Source: Nitrospirales bacterium (lineage in GTDB: Bacteria > Nitrospirota > Nitrospiria > Nitrospirales > UBA8639). Taken from it: a stretch of DNA of 64,000 nucleotides. Both the position numbers and the translations under genes were made by a program. The stretch lies in assembly GCA_965203295.1 (NCBI GenBank), contig CBDBCZ010000013.1:256001-320000 (forward strand), in the 5' to 3' direction. How positions within the stretch are numbered: position 1 is the first letter of the stretch; each line of letters opens with the position of its first letter. Positions 28,901-64,000 of the stretch are shown piece after piece. The notes beneath the pieces were generated by a model. That model searched no databases. It worked only from the letters and a program-made list of their open reading frames with translations, and was not told where the DNA came from.

Positions 28901-30002
28901 AAGCTGAAGCACCTCAGGGATTTCGCTATGCCAGGCTATGATGACAATGTATTTCAGTTTGACCCCTCAACACAGCTTTATGGCTTCCAAGAAGGAATAG
29001 ATACAGAAGAGGAGGCCTTTCTGTTCACTCACACTGAACATCCGGAAGAAGATAGCGAAAGCCCAGTGGCTTCTGCAGAGGAAACACCACAGCCTGCTTC
29101 TAATGTGGGGCGGCACATAGTTGCTGCAGCACCACCAAGTACGTTCCTGTGTCAGATTAGATCATTAAAACCACTCTGTAAGGTGAATGCATTGTGGGGC
29201 AAGAATAACAACCGATTGCAGTGTGGTTTGTTAACGGTCTATAGAACTATCCTAGCTCTAGCCCTCCCCTTCGTGTAACACAGCATGAAGACAGGGCAGC
29301 TATCCTCTGTAGGCTTATCTTTGCAAGCACTGATCTCCCTCTTCTGTGATAGTCTCTCCCATAGCAGCCCAATCCGATCTGTGCAGGTATATGCAATGCC
29401 AACATGTGGCTGAGTAAGAGTTTTGATTGTTCAATTGGATAATGGACTGGTAATGAGGTACTTTAAACTGAGAACGTTGCATTGGATCATGGATGCAAAA
29501 TATATATGCAGTATGTGGACTGTATATATACACCAATCAAGCGAATATAGTGGTGTGGACTCGCTCAAACTCACCTAACTTAATAATTATGTAAAATACG
29601 TATTAACATTTAAATACATGTACCTAAATGTGTTATAAAGTTGATGACTTGCTGTTGAATGCACGGTTTAATAATATTTTCCAATGCATAGCAGCCAAAC
29701 AGAATTTATGATAAGAAATCTTACTAATTAATGTGTTATATTCATATCGTCTTCTAGTAACCGAAAAGGAGACCCTTGATACAGTGGCTGCAAGTCTCAG
29801 CATTGATGATGTAGCAGAGTTTTTGAGGAAATGGAAGCTGCAGAAATATGAAGAAGATTTCCGTGAAAATGATATGGATGGAGCCCTCCTGCTAAGTTTG
29901 AATGAGGACGATTTGGAAGATGTGGGGGTTACTAAGGGGTTTGACCGTCGGAAAATATTAAGCAAGTTCAAGCAACACTTACAGGAACTAGCAAAACCTT
30001 GA
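1933..30002 (+). CDS. RNF213-like: Giant RNF213/mysterin-like AAA+ ATPase (multi-exon) with ankyrin-repeat insert and C-terminal SAM domain; 5' start uncertain, probably just upstream of 1933
   Basis: Dozens of exons; the junctions checked splice in frame. RNF213-type motifs appear in the expected order: QVLRCTPVTVEQDLRLFMKRA (AAA1-like), GLPG|NGKT (split by the intron between 11415 and 11895), YVLTLDYTLKMLNIHERYECGIPVIIEGETGVGKT, LDEINT, IIASCNPH, AKTEALKENVF...PLIIVGDPGSSKT, FMDEAGL, ISNHVLDAAKTNRA, FGLRDF, LERNFNG, YDLFNQ...CRVHPDFQC...PAPFLNRFEK. Stop TGA at 30000-30002. Confidence 0.9.
3468..4238 (+). mobile_element. Helentron/DINE-like interspersed repeat, copy 1 (interrupted by a nested MITE)
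   Basis: Starts TTTTTACCAGCCGG...CGGCTGGTA (hairpin), has a GTCT/GTTT microsatellite and ends GTCAGACTTGTT. Homologous copies at 42342-42781 and 61989-62396 on the - strand. Confidence 0.7.
3527..3855. mobile_element. MITE with TAGTCTC...GAGACTA termini and 9-bp TSD
   Basis: About 50-bp TIRs; TSD TTTCCGCGT at 3518-3526 and 3856-3864. The sister copy of the host repeat near 42715 has a single TTTCCGCGT (empty site). Confidence 0.9.
9099..10369 (+). other. Three ankyrin-repeat exons within the RNF213-like gene (9099-9203, 9403-9504, 10268-10369)
   Basis: Peptides KTEGITQLMLACLHGGLQHVQVLLKAGTDVNQHSK, ERHFTALMVAAQSGHTKIVQKLLDHGANTSARNK and DGYTALDFATAEDHVEVQELLKDQ. Each has AG/GT boundaries, is phase 0-0 and is 102-105 nt long. 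Confidence 0.85.
18341..18927 (-). mobile_element. Internally deleted pogo-like DNA transposon retaining the transposase N-terminus
   Basis: TIRs CCGTATAGCGGGAAATTTTCGCCAGGG and its reverse complement, TA TSD (18339-40, 18928-29). Minus-strand MALLRYLQ..PDPVGALSSSLPSSAIKEANVAV..KRGP, then after a frameshift ASENGDSAAARHFSKLL (HTH-like). Confidence 0.8.
29758..30002 (+). other. Terminal exon encoding a SAM (sterile alpha motif) domain
   Basis: SIDDVAEFLRKWKLQKYEEDFRENDMDGALLLSLNEDDLEDVGVTKGFDRRKILSKF fits the SAM consensus. The phase-1 donor A|GTACGT at 29138 joins the phase-1 acceptor TTCTAG|29758 in frame. Confidence 0.85.
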
Positions 30003-32105
30003 AAAACTTCTTATACAGCTATGTAGTTACTTTTTAGTATGCACCCTAGACTCCTCAACCCTTACACAATTTTTTTGCTGATGTGCAATACCCAAATACA
30101 TTGTTTGTACTCATAGTTTCCTGTCTGATGTACTTAGCTACTTTCTGTAGGAAAATATACACAATTGCATGCTTGTATGTACTATTAGGTTATTTACTTA
30201 TATCCTATTATGCCTTGTTCCTCGCCACCTGTTTGCACATTGTACCATAGCGTAGTTGTGCTGTTTGTTTTTACATTGTCTTGTTGAGCTACTATGGGAG
30301 AGAGATCCACATTGTATACGTATACTGTGATTTTACTGTAGAATACATTATATGAATGGGACTTTATGTGCACCACCATGCTACTGTTCCGTTCCATTCC
30401 AGGTTTTAGTAACTGCCCACTGCACACCTCCACAGGACCAGGTGACATCTTGACTTCTAAAGCAGCATAAGTAATGCACATGCAAAATTATACTCCTCTC
30501 ATAGCACAAGCATGATGGCTAATTGTCATTAATTTTGTGTAAATCCAACGGGGTCAGAGTACGATAACATTGATTGTCCTCCTCTGGCCAGCCTCCATCA
30601 CAACTTTTAAGCTAGCTGTACCATCCAGTGATTCATCACTCCCCTGTACTGTACAGGCTAATGAATGGTTAATCAATTATAATTTAACTTTGTTTATAAA
30701 TACTAATCAGCATGCTAATATCGATCTGTACCTCACCCTGAGATTCTTCACAGTTTTCTGCTAGAGCCGCTAATGATGCATGCTAGCTGGTGGAAGTTCT
30801 GAAGTACCTGCAGGAGACAAGGTTACGTTTGTAGAAAGACCAGTGTTCTGTGTAAGACAGAAAGAGAGAACATGGCTAGACCATAAATGGAGCTTAAAGG
30901 GTAAATGCTGTGCTCACACTGCCAGGCTAGATTGTAAAAAATTCTGTATTGATTATGGGTTTAATTAAAGTGCTAATTACGTGACGGTATTATTGCACGT
31001 AATCGCTCCGCGCTATCAGATATTATCACTTCACTTGACCGAGGCCTACATGTATACAAATTAATGTAATGGATAATTCTAAGGGGTTGGAAGATCCCCT
31101 GAACAAAGGAGTTGGAAATAAAGACTTGTAGCTCACTTGCAACCGTCCTCCCTCCCTACCTCCCTCCCTCCCACCCTCCCTCCCTCCCTCCCTCCCTCCC
31201 TCCCTCCCTCCCTCCCTCCCTCCCTCCCTCCCTCCCTCTTTCAATGGTGGCAGCTGAAGTGGTAGCTCATTTCCTGCCCAAGTATAATAGTGCATGCGTT
31301 TTCACAAAGGTCATGAAATATACTTGAGTCGTTAAAACCTGCAACTCCAATAACCAAGAATACACATACGTATCAGTGAAAGGTTTGTTTTAAACCCACC
31401 TACATGTAAGGTTAACGTTATATCTCAGTTGCAGCTGCACTAAACTATGCAGTTTTTACTGCAGGAAGCCAAATTACATGATGGGAATTTAAATCAAATA
31501 CACACAATATACAAGTGATAGCACTAGCAGCTGAATCCGGCTTGGAATGTTCCGATAGGAGAGCTGCATAATAATTGGTACCAAATACCTGACGGTTAGC
31601 TATCATTGCAAAAAAAGGAGTGTTGTTTCAGCCATGATAATAAGTTGCCTCAGCCGTATAGCTCTGTAGGCTGGTAAACGCTGGCCTAATATTGTCACAG
31701 TGGCTATTATCTGCAACTTTAGTTTATTATTCAGATACCTTATACATGTATATACAAGGATCATGTTACACTCAACCAATATTCATGGATCATTAGACTG
31801 CACTTCGGCTGATATTGATTGTGCTTTAGGGTTGAACTCTAGTGGGAGGTGGACCAAGGCATGCAAGGGAGACTACTCAACTTAGCCACCAAAAATATTG
31901 CATAAGTAATGCCTTTGCAACTGAGATAACCCTAGCTCTTTCATTTTTGCAGTGCATATATAGGTCTACTATAATAATAAACTCCAAACAGAACTTAAAC
32001 TTAATGATATATATAGCTTTGTGTACGTACGTATACCTGCATGCATGCATTCCGAGATTCTTCTCTATACGTACACACTCCACTCAGTGATTACAACAGA
32101 ACAAT

Positions 32106-32262
32106 TCGTCAAGTTGAAGCGATTTTTTCCCAATAAATCACTTAGGGAAAATGTAGTGCATGTACGTGTACATGTACATGTAGCTACAAGCTTTGTTTCT
32201 AAAATTGGAATGAGCAGATCAAATTCGCTGCCATCAAGAGCAAAATGTAACCCATTCCTGAG
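32106..32262 (-). pseudogene. Relic 3' fragment of a third IAH1-like copy
   Basis: Minus-strand LRNGLHFALDGSEFDLLIPILETKL parallels DGLHFTRAGSEFLARQLIPVLETKL of the neighbouring gene; GTCAAGTTGAA at 32108 matches the 3' end of the 34557 copy. Confidence 0.7.
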
Positions 32263-33057
32263 GCCCCAAGGGAGAGGGACAAACAATCAGATTGATTGAT
32301 AGATTGACAGACAGACAGACAGACAGACAGCATGCAGCAAGCTGAGACTGTTGAGCCCTAAACACATGTTTATTGGTCTCGCCTGTGCTCAGCAATCAAG
32401 GATAGTTTTTTTTTTGCATGGGGTGAGAACTACATGTATGAAACACCCCTTTTTCACACGGAGACCAGTAGAGCTCTTTGTCGACATACCTGGCCTTAGA
32501 CAATACTTATCAGTATGTCGGTTAAGGTATTTGGTGAGAGCAGGTAAATTCTTAGAAATGTTTATAGTTAATATGAGTGCTGCAGATAAGTTCTAGTCTC
32601 ATTCCCAGACCCTCCGTCCAAACACCATAAACAATTAGTATAGTAGAATATGTTTTGTAAGGTTTGAGACGAAAGCTCAGCGCTCCAATAATATGATTAT
32701 TGCAGGTATTCGGCTGCTCATACATGTACCAAATACGCATTGTAGAATTATTAATATTGGCTCCCTGAAGTAAAAAAACAGCATAGTGTAGTAGTACAGG
32801 TAAAACTGCACGAGTTAACAAACTGTTCATTTATTTGGCACTCATATATTTGGCAATGATATGCAGGTCTACATACTTTATTAAAAATAATACACTTCAA
32901 CAGCCCACTTCAAACACAATTTAAACTCATGTACTGCATGTACAAGGTTTGTAAAAAATATATAATAGCAGGGATATACAAATTGGCAAAAAAAATCATA
33001 AGGCTTTCAAGAACACATTGAGTAATAACAGCACGAGTCTTCACCTTACACATTGCA

Positions 33058-33759
33058 CTATACAAGTTCAAACGATTCTTCATCAGTCACACTCTCCGGA
33101 AAAACATACCGTGCGTGTATAAGACCAAGCTTTGTTTCTAAAACTGGGATGAGCTGACGTGCAAGAAATTCGCTTCCAGCACGAGTAAAATGCAAACCAT
33201 CCCAAAAGAATTGCTTGAGATTCTCCTCTTTAGACAGTCCATCATACACATCCACAGTAGTTATGCCAGTTTCTCTCCCAAGCTGTAGCACAGCCTCAGC
33301 GTACTGTTTTACAGATTCGCTAGATCGATCCACTGGTCTATTCTCCTTCCTACACACTAGCACCCACACATCATCCACAACTGGGGGAGGAGTGATGAAG
33401 ACAATGGAGGAGTTCGCAATTCCAGCTGAGTTCAGGATAGTGACAATTTCACTCAAGTTTGATTTGAAAGACGCCAGAGGTACGTGCTGATCGGGATTAG
33501 GTTCTGGAAGGACCGCGTCATTCGCTCCAAAGAAGACCGTGACTATATCAGGCTTGTCAGAAGTCAGGAGGTCGGGTAGTATTTTCTTTGCCAATTTCGT
33601 GTTGTATCCTCCGAATCCACGGTTAAAGACGTCGCCCTTCCTCTGGAAGTGATCCGCCACTCTGGCGCCCCACCCCCCCGCGGCAGGGCTGAAAGATAGC
33701 TGAGTCAGGGAGTCTCCAAAGAGAAAAATTTTCGAGTAGGTCCTTCCCCAGGTTGCCAT
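33058..33759 (-). CDS. IAH1: Isoamyl acetate-hydrolyzing esterase 1-like SGNH/GDSL hydrolase, copy A (intronless, 233 aa)
   Basis: Blocks FGDSLTQ, NRGFGGYNT, FFGANDA, ITPPP and DGLHF are all intact. Confidence 0.92.
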   Translation of the reverse strand: MATWGRTYSKIFLFGDSLTQLSFSPAAGGWGARVADHFQRKGDVFNRGFGGYNTKLAKKILPDLLTSDKPDIVTVFFGANDAVLPEPNPDQHVPLASFKSNLSEIVTILNSAGIANSSIVFITPPPVVDDVWVLVCRKENRPVDRSSESVKQYAEAVLQLGRETGITTVDVYDGLSKEENLKQFFWDGLHFTRAGSEFLARQLIPVLETKLGLIHARYVFPESVTDEESFELV

Positions 33760-34556
33760 ACTAAAAATGTGAGCCTTCCTCTCTCGCTAATGCAAGTTGA
33801 TGCAAGCTGATGCAAGCGAAAGCACTCGGCCGAGTTAATTACTTCCGGTATTTTTCCATTATTAATCCGAGTATACACCGAGTATAGCTCCCATGCACCC
33901 ATGCAGTGACCCATTCAAATGAACCGTTGATGTTTTCTGTAGCCAACATGGGACTTAGCAACTAACGGGAGAAGCTGAAACGATACTAGTAAAGCCGCGT
34001 CGCCCGCGTACTAGTACTCACAATCACGCGGGATTTTGCGACTTGCGGGGTCCGGGCAAGGGATTTTCGGTGAGGTGGCTAGGTCTGCGATCGACCCTGG
34101 CCTGGGCCTTATATCTGAACACGTGACTTTAATCGTGGATAATATAGACACGTAAGCGCATTGAATCGTACAGAGCAACACAGATATTTTTTTCCCGCGC
34201 TTGGCGCGCGGGGTGGGCCCTACTCAACATTTACCCCCCCCCCCCCCCCCCTCCCCCCCTCCCCCCCACAACTTATAAATAAACTATCTCTGCTGTACTA
34301 GACTTTTACTAATGTAGCAAACTCTAGAGTCGACTATAGTCTTATGCTCAGTTGATGATTTGTCTTTCAGTCATGGTGGATTAAGCCATAGCTAGCCGAG
34401 CAGAACTTGACATAATTATTAACACTCAATTTGTCAATTATTTTATTCACAACATCTACATGTATTTATACAGGGCTGTCTATATGGCCAGATCTTTCCT
34501 TCAAGAACAAAGGCAATTTGTTGCTTAACGGAGTCTTCCACACTGCACACAGAGAG

Positions 34557-35270
34557 CTAGTTGTCAAGTTGAAACGATTCCTTAGGACACTCTGCATTTA
34601 CAGCTCTCCACTCTGGAAAAACAGTCTGTACGTGTACAAGCTTTGCCTCTAAAACGGGGATGACCAGATCTGCAAGAAATCGGTTTCCTTCCGGAGTAAA
34701 ATGTAACCCGTCACTTAAAAATTGCTTGAGATTCTGCTCTTTAGACAGTCCATCATACACATCCACCGTAGTTATGCCAGTTTCTCTTCCGAGTTGTAGC
34801 ACAGCCTCAGCGTACTGCTTTGCAGTCTCGTTAGATCGATCCATTGGCTTATTCTCTTTCCTACACTCTAGTGCCCACAGGTCCTCCGCAACTGGGGGAG
34901 GAGTGATGAAGACGATGGATGAATTATTGATTCCAGCTGAGTTCAGGGTAGTGACAATTTCACTCAAGTTTGATTTGAAAGACGCCAGAGGTACGTGCTG
35001 CTGGGGATTAGGCTCTGGAAGGACCGCGTCATTCGCTCCAAAGAACACCGTGACTACATCAGCTCGTTCTGACATGGAAGCCAGGAGTTCGGGTAGGATT
35101 ATCTTTGACCACTCCGTGTTATACCCTGAGAATCCACGATTGATGACGTCTGCCTTCCTCTGGAAGTGATCCGCCACCCTGGCGCCCCACCCCCCAGGGC
35201 TGAAGGACTGCTGGGTCAGGGAATCTCCAAAGAGGAGAATTTTCGAGAAGATCTTTTTCCAGGTTGCCAT
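34557..35270 (-). CDS. IAH1: Isoamyl acetate-hydrolyzing esterase 1-like SGNH/GDSL hydrolase, copy B (intronless, 237 aa)
   Basis: FGDSLTQ, GGWGA, RKADVINRGFSGYNT, FFGANDA, DGLHF and C-terminal FPEWRAV, as in IAH1 family proteins. Confidence 0.95.
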   Translation of the reverse strand: MATWKKIFSKILLFGDSLTQQSFSPGGWGARVADHFQRKADVINRGFSGYNTEWSKIILPELLASMSERADVVTVFFGANDAVLPEPNPQQHVPLASFKSNLSEIVTTLNSAGINNSSIVFITPPPVAEDLWALECRKENKPMDRSNETAKQYAEAVLQLGRETGITTVDVYDGLSKEQNLKQFLSDGLHFTPEGNRFLADLVIPVLEAKLVHVQTVFPEWRAVNAECPKESFQLDN

Positions 35271-35739
35271 AAGGTATCCAATATGGGAGTCCCCTTGATA
35301 CGTTCTGGTCGCGCGATCTGGTTTTTACTTTATGCACTGTTTTCAGTCTTGTGACGTCCCCCCAGCCGCGAATATCGAAATAGTCTACATCCGCAGGCCC
35401 CGGGGGGCGGGGGTGGGGCGTAGATCTGGTCTCGAGACCATGCTGAGCGCTGCACGGTACGGACTCTGACTTGTCTTTCAAAAAAATTTATAGGGCAATT
35501 ATTTACGAATGGCGTTTAGGTATGTTTTCAGTCGCTGTAGCAGCTAGAATTGACGACCAACGTGTCCTGTGTGCTGGAGTAACGACTACAACTCCCCCAG
35601 TAGTTCTCTGGCAGTGCTCAGAAACTATCTGAGATCCTATTAAACACCGCCTGGCGAGAAATAGCAAGCTGTCGTTGTATTTTACCAGCCAGCTGAGAGA
35701 AGAGGCATGAGATAGTGTGACCGAGGGAGCGTTTACAAT
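35271..35739. promoter_or_regulatory. Probable bidirectional promoter between IAH1 copy B and the OXR1-like gene
   Basis: Divergent ATGs at 35270 (-) and 35740 (+), about 470 bp apart. The interval is CpG-rich with a GGGGCGGGG box near 35403 and TGACGT near 35352. Confidence 0.5.
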
Positions 35740-63591
<27,852 letters not shown>

Positions 63592-64000
63592 GTACATGTG
63601 CGTGTGAATTAGCACTGTCCCTCGTGTTAGTACTATACCCTACTGTCTCCAGCATCAGATATCCTTAGGCCTGAGGATATTATGCTCAAAATTCTACCTA
63701 TTATTCTATTCTTATATTCTGGAAAACTCTGCCTATTATTCCCATGAAATCACCAATTATTCTTTTACAGACTGCAAAGAACAGAGTATTATCTATGTAC
63801 TGAATTACGTACGGACTTAGGCTAGGGGTGTATGTAAAACTAAGAGGTGTGTCACAGGCTTGCTAGGAGACATGTTAACCTTAAATTTACTTTTTCTCGC
63901 CGGCTCCATACTATACTTGAGGTGATCTACGGTTATCGTGGTTACAGAATACACTCCTGTTGCATTCCAAATGCTTGAATCAGATCATAGACAGACTAAG

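Noticed and set aside
34660..35169. 169-aa plus-strand ORF
   Set aside because: Antisense shadow of IAH1 copy B.

Overview
Intron-rich eukaryotic (animal) genomic DNA. The repeat families and short introns suggest an early-branching metazoan such as a demosponge, but this is an inference. The + strand from about 1.9 to 30.0 kb carries one giant multi-exon RNF213/mysterin-like AAA+ ATPase gene with an atypical architecture: three ankyrin-repeat exons inserted just before the AAA ring, no recognisable RING or RZ zinc finger, and an in-frame C-terminal SAM domain. On the - strand at 32.1-35.3 kb are two intact intronless IAH1-like SGNH/GDSL esterases plus a third relic copy. A divergently transcribed OXR1/NCOA7-like LysM-GRAM gene starts at 35740 and runs off the right end. 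One of its introns appears to have been created by a 235-bp transposon inserted into an exon, and several of its other introns carry tandem repeats seeded at the splice donor. Introns and intergenic DNA hold many non-autonomous DNA elements (TA, 8-bp, 9-bp and TTAA target duplications, Helentron-like elements), tRNA-derived repeats, long hairpins and mini/microsatellites. Exon models were spliced by hand, and family assignments rest on recalled motifs rather than database searches.
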